A stretch of 64,000 nucleotides of DNA from an uncultured delta proteobacterium (GCA_963821645.1 CAWGEQ010000048.1:44563-108562); one strand, 5' to 3'; counted from the first letter of the stretch, positions 27,627 through 38,500 are shown. Made by a program: numbers and translations. The notes: a model not told the origin generated them from the letters alone.

Positions 27627-28601
27627 ATGGAAGCCAATCAAATGGAAGAAAAGCAATCCTGGGTGAAACGGGGATGGTGGCTGATCCTCTTAGTCATCTT
27701 CGGTCTGATCGCCCCCCAGGTGATCAGCGAGTTTTATTTGTTGATCCTGGGCGAAGCCCTGATCATGAGCCTTTTTGCCTTGAGCTTTAACCTGCTCTTC
27801 GGGGTTATGGGTCAGCTCCCTTTCGGCCAAGCCGCCTTTTACGGCCTGGGGGGGTATGGAATGGCCATGCTCCTGACCAAATTCCAGTTCAATTTCTGGG
27901 TAAGTTTTGTCGCCGGGATCGGGATCGCCGCCTTGATCGGTCTTCTGGTCGGACTTTTTTGCGTCCGACTTCGGGGTATTTATTTTTCCATATTGACCCT
28001 GGCCTTTGGACAATTGATCTTTGTGGTCATCTATAAGTGGCATGATTTTACCGGCGGTGATGATGGAATCCAGGGGGTTTTTCCTCCGGAGTTTCTCAAA
28101 GACCCGACGGCCTACTATTATTTCATCCTGCTCATCTTTTTGATTTCGGCCTTTATCTTGTGGCGGATCATCCATTCCCCCTTTGGCTACACCTTGCAGG
28201 CCATGCGTGAAAATTCCGAGAGGACCGAATTTTTGGGGATCCCCATTGCCCGTTATCAGTTGATCGCCTTTGTCATTTCAGCGGCTTTTGCCGGCTTGGC
28301 CGGTGCCTTGTGGGCCCCCTTTTATCGATCGGTGGCCCCCTCGACCCTGATGTGGGTCAAGTCCGGTGAACCGGTTATGGCCACGATCCTGGGCGGGGCC
28401 GGTCTCTTCTTTGGGCCGGTACTGGGCACCTTTTTAATTACCTTTGTCCACGCCTATCTCCTGGGGTTCACTCACTTCTGGCCCATTATCATGGGGACCT
28501 TGATTTTGATCGTCATCTTCCTTTTGCCGGGAGGGATCCTCGGATTTATAAAAGAAAAATGGGAAAATCGTCAAAATAGAAACCAGCAAAACCAAGGGTA
28601 A
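27627..28601 (+). CDS. branched-chain-amino-acid-type ABC permease (LivM type)
   Basis: 324-aa multi-TM protein with the QLPFGQAAFYGLGGY motif. Confidence 0.85.
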   Translation: MEANQMEEKQSWVKRGWWLILLVIFGLIAPQVISEFYLLILGEALIMSLFALSFNLLFGVMGQLPFGQAAFYGLGGYGMAMLLTKFQFNFWVSFVAGIGIAALIGLLVGLFCVRLRGIYFSILTLAFGQLIFVVIYKWHDFTGGDDGIQGVFPPEFLKDPTAYYYFILLIFLISAFILWRIIHSPFGYTLQAMRENSERTEFLGIPIARYQLIAFVISAAFAGLAGALWAPFYRSVAPSTLMWVKSGEPVMATILGGAGLFFGPVLGTFLITFVHAYLLGFTHFWPIIMGTLILIVIFLLPGGILGFIKEKWENRQNRNQQNQG

Positions 28602-28608
28602 TCCAATC

Positions 28609-29349
28609 GTGATTCTGGAAACCAAAAAAATAGTCAAAGTATTCGGGAAACTCGTGGCGACTAACAGCGTCAGTCTGGCCGTGCGTCCCGGGGACATTCA
28701 TGCCATTATCGGGCCCAACGGCGCCGGTAAATCGACTTATTTTAATTTGATCACCGGGTATCATCTTCCGGATTCGGGCCAGGTTTTTTTCAAGGGGAAA
28801 GACATCACCAAGCTCCCGCCCTATCGCCGATGCCGGATGGGGATCACCCGTTCTTTTCAAATCACCAGCATCTATCCAAAAATGACGGTGTATGAAAGCG
28901 TCCTCATGGCCCTTCTATCCCATCAGAAGAAGACTTTGGATTTCTTCGCCTCAGCGAAAAATTATTTCAAGGATGAGGTCTGGCGTATTTTGGAGGACGT
29001 GGGGCTGGCCGACCAGGCCCTGATTAAAGGGGATTCCATTTCCCACGGAGATAAAAAGAGGCTGGAATTGGCCGTTACACTCGGGACCAAGCCCGAGCTG
29101 CTCCTCTTAGATGAACCGACCTGCGGCATGTCCCCCGAGGAGACCGACAGTATCATGGAGATCATCAAAAAATTGGTCGATGAAAAGGGGTTGACCATCT
29201 TTTTCACCGAACATGATATGGCGGTGGTCTTCGGGATCGCCCGGCGGATCTCCGTACTGCACCAGGGCACCCTGATCGCCGACGGGACCCCGGAGGAGGT
29301 CCGGGCCAGCGAACAAGTTCAAAAAGTCTATTTGGGCGGTGCGGCATGA
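28609..29349 (+). CDS. ABC transporter ATP-binding protein (LivG type)
   Basis: Walker A GPNGAGKST, signature region SHGDKKRLELA, Walker B LLLLDEP. GTG start. Confidence 0.9.
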   Translation: MILETKKIVKVFGKLVATNSVSLAVRPGDIHAIIGPNGAGKSTYFNLITGYHLPDSGQVFFKGKDITKLPPYRRCRMGITRSFQITSIYPKMTVYESVLMALLSHQKKTLDFFASAKNYFKDEVWRILEDVGLADQALIKGDSISHGDKKRLELAVTLGTKPELLLLDEPTCGMSPEETDSIMEIIKKLVDEKGLTIFFTEHDMAVVFGIARRISVLHQGTLIADGTPEEVRASEQVQKVYLGGAA

Positions 29350-30044
29350 TCCTGGAAGTGAAAGAGATCCACACCTATTACGGAACCAGTCACATCCTCT
29401 TCGGGATTTCTCTGCAGGTTAAGGAAGGGGAGGCGGTTTGTCTGCTTGGCCGAAACGGGGCCGGCAAGACCACGACCTTGAAGAGCATCATCGGTCTGAC
29501 CGTACCGAAAAAAGGCAGCATCAAATTCCAGGACAAAGAGGTGGTCGGTAAGCCCCCTTATACCATCGCTCAAATGGGAGTGGGTTTTGTTCCCGACGAT
29601 CGCCGTATTTTCCCGGACCTGACCGTTCGTCAGAACCTCCTTCTGGCCAAAAGGGAACGCGACGGCGGGCTTTGGAATCTGGACCGGATCTATTCCCTGT
29701 TTCCGAAGATAAAAGAATTGGACACCCATATGGGGGGTCATTTAAGCGGCGGAGAACAACAGATGCTGACCATTGCCCGCACACTGATGACCAATCCGAC
29801 CCTGCTTTTGTTGGATGAGCCGGGGGAAGGGCTGGCCCCCATGGTGGTCCGGACCATGGGCGAGAAACTCATGGAGATCAAAAAATTAGGGGTCACCATG
29901 CTCATCTGTGAACACAATGTGGGGTTGGCCTTGTCCCTGAGCGACCGGGCCTATGTCATGGACAAGGGGACCATCCGCTACCAGGGCACCATCGAGGAGT
30001 TGAAGGCCAGCGAAGAAGTGCGCAAGAAATACCTGATGGTGTAA
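29346..30044 (+). CDS. ABC transporter ATP-binding protein (LivF type)
   Basis: Walker A GRNGAGKTT, signature LSGGEQQML, Walker B LLLLDEP. It overlaps the previous gene by 4 nt. Confidence 0.9.
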   Translation: MILEVKEIHTYYGTSHILFGISLQVKEGEAVCLLGRNGAGKTTTLKSIIGLTVPKKGSIKFQDKEVVGKPPYTIAQMGVGFVPDDRRIFPDLTVRQNLLLAKRERDGGLWNLDRIYSLFPKIKELDTHMGGHLSGGEQQMLTIARTLMTNPTLLLLDEPGEGLAPMVVRTMGEKLMEIKKLGVTMLICEHNVGLALSLSDRAYVMDKGTIRYQGTIEELKASEEVRKKYLMV

Positions 30045-30091
30045 AGAATAAAAAAACATCAATCGTTTTAAATATGATCGGTTTCTTAAAG

Positions 30092-30141
30092 AAATCCCCC
30101 TTTTCCCTCTTTATTTATAGGGGAGAAAGTGGGGATTTTTA
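30092..30141 (+). terminator. terminator-like hairpin between the ABC genes and the acyl-CoA ligase gene
   Basis: aaatcccccttttccctc pairs imperfectly with gggagaaagtggggattt, followed by TTTTT. Confidence 0.4.
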
Positions 30142-30179
30142 GTTCTGATTCGTCGATATTATCACCTTAAGGAGGAACT

Positions 30180-31697
30180 ATGAACCTTGGCACCTTATTA
30201 CCACGTCAGGCCCGTTTCCGTCCGAATCAGACGGCCGTCGTCTTTCAGGAAACCCGCCTGACCTACCGGGAACTCAATAAAAGCGTCAATCGTTTAGCCA
30301 ATGTTTTTTGGGCGCTGGGGATCCGAAAGGGAGACAAGGTGGCCACTATCCTGCCCAACTGCCTTGAGCTTTACGAAACCTACTGGGCCGTGGCCCGCAT
30401 CGGCGCCGTGGTAGTCCCCTTGAGCCCTTTGCTCCGGGGAACCGGGCTGATCAGCCTGCTCAATGATTCGGACACCCTTTTGGTTATTACCAATAAATCG
30501 TTCGTGGAAGTGTTGGACCCCATCAAAAACCAGCTCCCGGCTATTCAAGGCGACCGGTACCTGCTGATTGATGGGGGCCAAATCCCGGGCTATCAAAGTT
30601 TCCATGCCTTGAAGGCCCAAGCCGGAGACCAGGATCCACCTCCAGTGGAGATTGACGACCAGGACCCTTACAACATCATTTATAGCAGCGGGACGACCGG
30701 TCTGCCCAAAGGGATCATCCATACCCATTATGTGCGGGCCATGTACTGTACCCACTTTTCGTCGTCCTTCCGTATTCATCCGGAAAGTGTCATCCTCCAC
30801 ACCGGATCCATCGTCTTCAACGGGGCATTCTTGACCCTCATGCCGGCCATGTATCTTGGAGCTACCTACATCCTGCACCCCCAATTCGAGGCCGAAGCCA
30901 TGATCCGGACCATTGAAGAAGAAAAGGTCACCCATGTGGATACGGTCCCGGCCCAGATTATCGGCCTGCTCAATTCTCCGAACTTCGGACTTAAGACCTG
31001 CGGCTCCCTGGAATGTTTGATCTGTCTGGGTGCCCCGCTGCACAAAGAGCATAAGGAAGAATTACATCGCAAGCTGCCCGGCCGATTTTATGAGCTCTAC
31101 GGCTTGACGGAAGGGTTTGTGACCATTTTGGATAAGAATGATTTTCCGGCCAAGCTTTCTTCCGTGGGCTGCTGCCCTCCCTTTTATGAAATGAAAATAA
31201 TGAACGATCAGCGAGAGGAAGTCCCGGTGGGTCAGGTGGGCGAGATCGTCGGACGGGGTCCCATTTTGATGCCAGGTTATTATAAAAGACCTGATTTGAC
31301 CGAGAAGGCGATTATCGACGGCTGGCTCTACACCGGCGACATGGGCTTTGTGGATGAAGAGGGGTATCTTTCTTTAGTAGACCGAAAGAAAGACATGATC
31401 ATCTCCGGGGGAATCAATGTCTATCCTAAGGACATCGAGGAGATCGTGGTCCAACATCCGGCGGTTCGCGAAACAGCGGTCTTCGGCATCCCCCATGAAA
31501 AATGGGGAGAAACGCCGGTGGCGGCCGTTATTTTAAACCAACCGGCGGATATCAGCGAAGAAGAGCTCAAGGATTGGATCAACAAAAGGGTAGGGGCCGC
31601 TTATCAGCGGGTCAATAAGGTTGTCTTTATGAAGGACTTCCCGCGCAGTACGGCCGGCAAGACCCTCAAGCGGGTTTTGCGGGAAGATTTAAAATAA
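30180..31697 (+). CDS. AMP-dependent acyl-CoA synthetase/ligase
   Basis: AMP-binding motif IIYSSGTTGLPKG, plus YGLTE, TGDMGFVDEEGYL and the terminal GKTLKR. Confidence 0.85.
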   Translation: MNLGTLLPRQARFRPNQTAVVFQETRLTYRELNKSVNRLANVFWALGIRKGDKVATILPNCLELYETYWAVARIGAVVVPLSPLLRGTGLISLLNDSDTLLVITNKSFVEVLDPIKNQLPAIQGDRYLLIDGGQIPGYQSFHALKAQAGDQDPPPVEIDDQDPYNIIYSSGTTGLPKGIIHTHYVRAMYCTHFSSSFRIHPESVILHTGSIVFNGAFLTLMPAMYLGATYILHPQFEAEAMIRTIEEEKVTHVDTVPAQIIGLLNSPNFGLKTCGSLECLICLGAPLHKEHKEELHRKLPGRFYELYGLTEGFVTILDKNDFPAKLSSVGCCPPFYEMKIMNDQREEVPVGQVGEIVGRGPILMPGYYKRPDLTEKAIIDGWLYTGDMGFVDEEGYLSLVDRKKDMIISGGINVYPKDIEEIVVQHPAVRETAVFGIPHEKWGETPVAAVILNQPADISEEELKDWINKRVGAAYQRVNKVVFMKDFPRSTAGKTLKRVLREDLK

Positions 31698-31777
31698 GTC
31701 TGTCATCCCAAAGAAAGCCGGAATCCGGGAATTCTTCCGAACTTAGGCGGACCTCGGACACCGGCCTTTTTCTTTCC

Positions 31778-32335
31778 CTAAGGCAACTGGTATTCTTTGA
31801 TTCCTTCCTCATACAGGTCCCGTCCCTGGGTATCATTGATGACCACGGCCGGAAAATTTTCCACCACCATCCGCCGAATGGCCTCTGGCCCTAATTCCTC
31901 ATAGGCAATGACCTCGGCGGCTTTGATGGCCCGGGAAATCAAGGCCCCGGCCCCGCCGGTAGCCCCGAAATAAACCGCTTTATATTTGACCATGGATTCC
32001 TTGACGGCCGGGGCGCGTTTGCCTTTGCCGATCATGCCCTTCAGACCCAGTTCCATCAACCGGGGTGCATAAGGGTCCATGCGGTAACTGGTGGTCGGCC
32101 CGGCGGCCCCGATCACGCCGCCCGGCTTGGCCGGAGAGGGGCCTACGTAATAGATAACCTGTCCCTTGAGGTCAAAGGGCAGGGGTTTCCCGGCATCCAA
32201 CAGGTCGATTAACCGTTTATGGGCGGCGTCTCTGGCCGAATAAACGACGCCGCTCAAAAAGACCTTGTCGCCTATTTCCAGGGAAGAAACCATTTCATCG
32301 GTTAACGGGGTGGTTAGATAGACTGTTTTAGGCAT
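31778..32335 (-). CDS. class I (Fe-S) fumarate/tartrate hydro-lyase, beta subunit
   Basis: LSGVVYSARDAAHKRL...GPTTSYRMD...GKGKR motifs. The start is set at the internal MPKTVYL. Confidence 0.85.
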   Translation of the reverse strand: MPKTVYLTTPLTDEMVSSLEIGDKVFLSGVVYSARDAAHKRLIDLLDAGKPLPFDLKGQVIYYVGPSPAKPGGVIGAAGPTTSYRMDPYAPRLMELGLKGMIGKGKRAPAVKESMVKYKAVYFGATGGAGALISRAIKAAEVIAYEELGPEAIRRMVVENFPAVVINDTQGRDLYEEGIKEYQLP

Positions 32336-32367
32336 TGGATTTATCCTTATTGTTAGCAAAAAGGTTC

Positions 32368-32443
32368 AAGGTATAAGGTTCAAGGTACAAGTCAAAAATA
32401 AAAGGTTTAAACCGTATACCGTGTACCTTGCACCTTATACCTT
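32368..32443. repeat. AAGGTAT-family hairpin (21/22-bp stem) between the hydro-lyase alpha and beta genes
   Basis: AAGGTATAAGGTTCAAGGTACA (32368-32389) pairs with TGTACCTTGCACCTTATACCTT (32422-32443). The right-arm 20-mer TACCTTGCACCTTATACCTT is identical to 59429-59448. Confidence 0.7.
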
Positions 32444-32447
32444 TATA

Positions 32448-33289
32448 TCACAACGTCACTTCCTTATGCCGGCTGGCATGACACTGCACATTGACCGCCA
32501 CGGGAAGGCTGGCGATATGGCAGGGCAGGAGCCGGATATGAACCGCCAAGGAGGTTGTTCTGCCCCCCAAGCCCTGGGGTCCTATGCCCAGTTTATTGAT
32601 CAACCCAAGGACCTCCTTCTCCAGTTGATCAAGCTCCGGATCAGGATTGGCGGTCCCGAGGGGGCGGAGCAAGGACTTTTTGGCCTGCAGGGCGGCTTGT
32701 TCGAAGGTCCCGCCGATGCCTACGCCGATAATGGTCGGCGGGCAGGGGTTCGGCCCGGCATCCCTTACGGTTTCCACAATTTTTTCCTTGATACCGGCTA
32801 TTCCGGCCGAGGGGGGAGCATAAATAAACGGCTCATGTTTTCACTGCCGCCCCCCTTGGGGACGACCCAGATCTTCAGCCGGTCTCCGGGGACTACATCG
32901 GTGTAGATGACGGCCGGGGTATTATCCCCGGTATTGGCCCGGGAAAAGGGATGGCAGGAGGATTTGCGAAGATACCCCTCGCCGTAGCCCTCACGGACAC
33001 CTTGGTTGACCGCCTCTTTTAGATCTCCGCCGATCAAGTGTAGATCCTGACCGATTTCCAGGAAGATAACGGCCAAACCCGTATCCTGGCACATGGGTAG
33101 ATGCTCTTCTTTGGCGATTCGGGCATTTTCGATCAACTGCCCCAGGATCTCTTTTCCGACCGGAGAAATCTCCTTCTGCAAGGCCTGCTGAAAGCAGAAA
33201 AGGACGTCTTCCCCTAACTCCTCATTGGCTTCGATGGACAACTTTTTGATGGCCCGGGTAATCTCTTTGACATCAAGTTCTCTGATCAT
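32448..33289 (-). CDS. class I (Fe-S) fumarate/tartrate hydro-lyase, alpha subunit, frameshifted in a C6/G6 run (32811-32816)
   Basis: N-part (ORF 32798..33343, start taken at MIRELDV with an AGGAG Shine-Dalgarno sequence) carries LPMCQDTG and KGGGSENMS. C-part (ORF 32448..32777) carries PPTIIGVGIGGT. One extra C would restore ...LFMLPPSAGIAGIKEKI. Confidence 0.8.
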
Positions 33290-33476
33290 CGGATCTCCTG
33301 ATTTTTTTGCAAGATTATCAAAATCAAAACCTATTCCCTTCATTGATTATCAAATTTAAATTGATTTGGCAACCACCTTATTAAGCGGGATAAAAGTTCG
33401 AACGTAACCGCATAAAAATAGGTTAAAAATGAAAAGGCTTGACTTCAATAAAAAATAGTTATATTACATAACAATT

Positions 33477-33977
33477 ATGAAAAATAACCAAAAGGAGCTC
33501 CTCCGGAAGGGGGGAGGGAGGGACAGGCCCGGACTCAACGATCAATTCGTCAGCGATCTTCTGACCACCCTTTCTCTGTTCCATAAACTGATGCGACAGG
33601 GCTGGCGCCGGAAGAAAGGAGGGTATTCCTCTTTCCTTCACTATCATGTCCTCGGCGTCTTAGGGCATTTCGGCGCCTTGCCCGTTTCGGAAATAGGAAA
33701 GCGTCTTCATATATCAAAACCCAATATGACCCCATTGATCGACCGGTTGGTGGAAGACGGGATGGTAGTCCGAAAACCGGATGCCCAAGACCGCCGGGTC
33801 ACCAAGATCGCCATTACGCCAAAGGGCCGAGCTCTCATGAGTGCCGGCCAAAACAGGATGAAAGGGACCATGGAAAAGGTTTTTAACGTATTTACCGAAG
33901 AGGAACTAAGCCGGCTCTCAGGGGCCCTGGAGACCTTGAAAATTTTATTGCTAAAAGCCGCTTCTCCGGAGAAATGA
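33477..33977 (+). CDS. MarR-family transcriptional regulator
   Basis: Winged-HTH region LPVSEIGKRLHISKPNMTPLIDRLVEDGMVVRKPDAQDRR. Translationally coupled to the MFS gene by a 4-nt overlap. Confidence 0.8.
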   Translation: MKNNQKELLRKGGGRDRPGLNDQFVSDLLTTLSLFHKLMRQGWRRKKGGYSSFLHYHVLGVLGHFGALPVSEIGKRLHISKPNMTPLIDRLVEDGMVVRKPDAQDRRVTKIAITPKGRALMSAGQNRMKGTMEKVFNVFTEEELSRLSGALETLKILLLKAASPEK

Positions 33978-35527
33978 TGACCTCCGCTGAAAACCGACAA
34001 TCCAATATCCCGGCCATCATGATCAGCGTCATGATCAGCCTTCTGTTGGCGGCCCTGGACGGCACCATCGTGGGCACGGCCATGCCCAAAATAATCGGCG
34101 AACTCCACGGCATGGCCCAGTATAGCTGGCCTTTTACCGCTTATATGCTTTTTTCCACCCTTTCCATCGTGGTCTTCGGCCGACTATCGGACCTGTATGG
34201 TCGGAAGCCGGTCTATCTCTTCGGGATCCTTTTTTTCCTTTTCAGTTCCGCCTTGTGCGGTTTATCGCGGTCCATGCTTCAGCTCATCATTTTTCGGGGG
34301 CTTCAGGGGATCGGCGGCGGGGTCCTCTTTTCCAGTTCTTTTATCATCGTCGGGGAACTCTTTCCACCCAGGGAGCGGGGGAAATACATGGGACTTCTGG
34401 CGTCGGTCTATGGCTTCGCCAGTGTCCTGGGACCGGCTGTGGGCGGATTGATCGCCGACCACCTGAGCTGGCGTTGGATTTTCTATGTCAACATCCCCCT
34501 GGGAGGTGTGGCCTGCCTCCTCGTCTTTCTTTTCATCCCCCGATGGCATCCGGTGGCCGCTGGAAGAAAGATCGATTACTGGGGGGTCCTCTTTCTGATT
34601 CTGGCCTTACTCCCCTTCTTTTTGGGTCTCACCTGGGCCGGGACCCGGAATGAATGGCTTTCCGGCCAGACCCTTGGTTTGCTTCTTCTTTCACTCCTGA
34701 TGTTTCTGCTTTTTTTCCGGGCGGAGCGCAAGTCGGCGGAACCTTTTCTTCCTCTGGGCCTTTTCAGGAACTCGATTTACGCCATTTCTATTGTGGCCAT
34801 GTTTCTGTCGAGCGCCGTCATGTTCTGTGGGGTCATCTATATTCCTCTTTTCGCCCAGGCGGTTTTGGGGGCCAGTGCGACCAACTCCGGGGTGGTGACC
34901 ACTCCGATGATGCTCGGTCTTTCCCTGTCCATCATCGTCAGCGGACGGATACTCTCTCGAACGGGCCGCTATAAACCCCTGGCCCTGACCAGTCTCGGCC
35001 TGGGCGGAGTGAGCCTCTTCCTTTTGGTCCGAATGGACCTGACCACCTCCATGCCTTTCCTGATGGGTTATGCGGCGCTCTTCGGAATCGGTTCCGGCAT
35101 TATTATTCCCAGTCTCAATATTGCCGTTCAAAATGCCTTTCCGCAACGCCAATTGGCCGTGGCCACCTCTTCGATGCAGTTTTTCAGAAATATGGGCGCC
35201 ACCGTCGGGACTTCATTTTTTGGCTATGTGATGAACGCCGGCATGGCCCGGGGATTGAAAACGATCAATATTAGCCAACTACCGACTCAGATGGCCAAAG
35301 CCTTCGGTAGCCCCCGTATTCTTTCAAGTCAGGAGACTCTCATTCAAATCAGGACTCACTTGCCCGATAACCTCCGTCCTATTTTTAACAGCCTGCTCAA
35401 CCGGATGCGGATGATCGTGGCCCATTCGATCCATGATGTCTTCCTCCTCGGTCTCATCATCATCATCGTTTCCTTTATCGTCATTCTGGGGCTGAAAGAA
35501 ATACCCCTGGGACACGGAAAAGAGTAA
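33974..35527 (+). CDS. MFS transporter, DHA2 (EmrB/QacA-like, 14-TMS) drug:H+ antiporter family
   Basis: 517-aa polytopic protein with GRLSDLYGRKPV (motif A) and the LQGIGGG motif. Confidence 0.85.
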   Translation: MMTSAENRQSNIPAIMISVMISLLLAALDGTIVGTAMPKIIGELHGMAQYSWPFTAYMLFSTLSIVVFGRLSDLYGRKPVYLFGILFFLFSSALCGLSRSMLQLIIFRGLQGIGGGVLFSSSFIIVGELFPPRERGKYMGLLASVYGFASVLGPAVGGLIADHLSWRWIFYVNIPLGGVACLLVFLFIPRWHPVAAGRKIDYWGVLFLILALLPFFLGLTWAGTRNEWLSGQTLGLLLLSLLMFLLFFRAERKSAEPFLPLGLFRNSIYAISIVAMFLSSAVMFCGVIYIPLFAQAVLGASATNSGVVTTPMMLGLSLSIIVSGRILSRTGRYKPLALTSLGLGGVSLFLLVRMDLTTSMPFLMGYAALFGIGSGIIIPSLNIAVQNAFPQRQLAVATSSMQFFRNMGATVGTSFFGYVMNAGMARGLKTINISQLPTQMAKAFGSPRILSSQETLIQIRTHLPDNLRPIFNSLLNRMRMIVAHSIHDVFLLGLIIIIVSFIVILGLKEIPLGHGKE

Positions 35528-35582
35528 CACACGGCTACTTTTCTTCTTGACCCCTTCCCTTCTATAATTTAAACTTTTCTCG

Positions 35583-38500
35583 ATGGCTGACCCTAAAACC
35601 TCCAATCAAAATCAGGAATCCAAAGAACCCCTGGGAGCTGCAGGCCCTTCATTTCCGGCGGATGAAACTCGACGCTTGGACTTGCCCCAGGCGATCGTCG
35701 GTGTGGGGGCTCCGGCCGGAAGGCTGGATCTTCTCATAAAACTCTTTGCCGCCATCCCGACCGGACACGGGTTGTCTTTTGTCCTGGTCCAGCATGTCGG
35801 GCCGTCCCAGGAAGTCCTCACCGTCGATCAGTTAAAGAACCATACTTTCTTAGAGGTGGTCGAGGCCGGAGAAGGCCTGATCGCCGAAGCCGACCACCTT
35901 TATGTGATTCCCTCCAACAGACATCTCACCATCTTCGAAGGCCGGATGAGTGTGGTTGACCCGATCCAGTGTCATGGGTTGTGCCTGCCGATCGACCATT
36001 TTTTCTGCGCCCTGGCCGCAGATCAGAAGACCAGGGCCGTGGGCGTCGTCCTGTCGGGGACGGGCAGCGACGGAAACATAGGACTATCGGAAATCAGGGC
36101 CGCCGGGGGCCGGACCATTGTAGAAGAACCGAAATCAGCGGAGTTTGTTGACCTGCCACCAGGCACCATACCGGCCGGAGTGGCCGACCAGGCCCTCTCC
36201 GTGGAGAAGATACCCGAGGCCCTGCTGGACTTGGTTTCCCGGATGGCCGATCAGGGCCGTTCCGGTGAGAGCGGGAAAATGGACGCGGACTTCCGAGCCA
36301 TCTTGAACATCCTGCTCGTCAGGACCGGCCATGATTTCCGCTGCTATAAAAAGAGCACTCTCGTCCGGCGGATACGCCGACGCATGGCCTTGAACCAGTT
36401 CAAGGCCCCGGCGGATTACCGGGCCTTTCTCGAGGATCATCCCGACGAAGCCCGTCTGCTCCAAAAAGATTTGCTCATTGGCGTGACGGATTTTTTCCGT
36501 CAGCCGGAAGCCTGGCTCCTGCTGGAGGAAAAGGTCCTCCCTCTTTTGATCGCCAAGGCCAGTCCGGAGAACCCCATCCGCGTCTGGGTTCCCGGATGCT
36601 CAACCGGCAAAGAGGCCTACAGTCTGGCCATTCTGCTGACCGAGCAGGCGGAAGCCTCCGGCAAGCCGATAGGCATCCAGATTTTTGCCACCGATACGGA
36701 TGAAGACGCCCTGACCATCGCCCGAAGCGGAATTTATCCCGAAGACGACCTGGGCGCCGATATCTCACCGAAGAGAAGGGAAAAATTCTTCGTCTATAAG
36801 AACGGACAGGTCCGGGTGACCAAGGCGATACGAGAACGGGTGATTTTCGCACCGCAGAACCTCACCAGTGATCCGCCGTTTTCCAGGCTTGATTTGATCA
36901 GTTGCCGCAATCTTTTGATCTATCTGGGCCGCGATGTCCAACGCCAGATCATCGCCCTGTTTCATTTCGCCTTGCGCGACGGCGGGTTTTTGTTCCTGGG
37001 CAACGCCGAAACCGTAAGCGGTCATGAGGAGTTGTTCGAGCCGGTTTTTAAAAAATGGCGGATCTACCGTCGGATCGGCGTGGGCCGGCGGGTGCCCCTG
37101 GAATTGCCTGTCGGCAAAACCGCCGGGGTGCGTCGGGTCGCACCACCCATTCCTTCTCGTCAGAACAACCTCGTCTTCGCGGCCCAACAGGTCCTGGTGG
37201 ATCGTTTCGCTCCCACGGCGGTCATTGTGGACCGCCGCCAGCAACTGCTCTACGCCCACGGGACCACCGAGGACTATCTGACGATTCCCAGCGGTGAAAC
37301 CACCATGGATATCGTCAACCTGGTCAAAGAGGGCTTGCGGACCCGGCTGGGGGCGGTGATACGCAAAGCCGTCGAAGAAAACCGGCCCGCCGCCATCACC
37401 ACCCGTATCAGGCGCGGTGCCAAGTCCTTTCCGGTAAGAGCGACCGTAACTCCATTACACCAGCCGCGCGAGGTGGACGGCCTGTTGTTGATCAGTTTTG
37501 AAGAATACCAACCCCGGGACAGGCACCGGGCAGCTCGTGAGGTTTCGGCGGCCGGTGAAAACGACCTGCGGCATTTGGAAGACGAGCTCAAAATCACCCA
37601 GGAAGAATTACAGGGCACGATCGAACAGTTGGAGAGCTCCAACGAGGAGCTCAAGGCCTCCAACGAAGAGGCGATTGCCTCCAATGAAGAGATGCAGTCG
37701 GCCAATGAGGAACTGGAGACCTCCAAAGAGGAATTGCAGTCCCTCAACGAGGAACTGAATACCGTCAATGCCCGCCTCCATGAAAAGGTGGAGGAGTTGG
37801 AGAACACCAACAACGACGTTGTCAACCTGCTGGGCAGCACCAATATCGCCACCATATTCCTGGACCGGGACTTTAAGGTCATGCGCTACACCCCGGCCAT
37901 CACCCTGTTGCTGAGCCTGATCCCTTCCGATGTGGGGCGTCCCATCGCGGACATCACCCGAAAGTTCGGGGATGAGGCCTTGTTGTCCGATGCCCGGCGG
38001 GTGTTGGCCGACCTGGCACCGGCGGCCAAAGAAGTACGGGCCGAAGACGGGCGGTGGTATATCCGCCGGATTACGCCCTATCGCACCCACGACGATCGCA
38101 TCGAGGGCGTGGTCGTTACCTTTTTAGACGTCCATGACCTCAAACAGAGCGAACAGGAACGGGAGCGGCTGGCCTCTTTCCCGCTGTTGAACCCGCAGCC
38201 GATCATCGAAGCGGACCTGGAAGGAAACGTGCATTTTCTTAATCCCTCGGCCCAGAGGTTGATCCCTGATCTTGAGCAGCGCGGTATTGAACATCCCTGG
38301 TTGGCGGATTGGGGGACGGTGGTCCGGGCCTGCCAGGAGGACGGAGTGGAACTCATAACCCGCGAGGTGATCGTTGGCGAACGTTACTACCAACAAACGA
38401 TCCATTACGTCTCCGAAGTCGGCCGGTCCGGATCTACGGCGCGGAAATTACCGATCGCAAACAGGTGGAAGAGACATTGCAGGAGAGTGAGGAACGTTAC

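Noticed and set aside
33439-33467. A candidate promoter TTGACT-N17-TATTAC immediately upstream of the first MarR gene.
   Set aside because: The -10 is weak and lies only ~10 nt from the ATG. That would require a leaderless transcript, and it could not be supported further.
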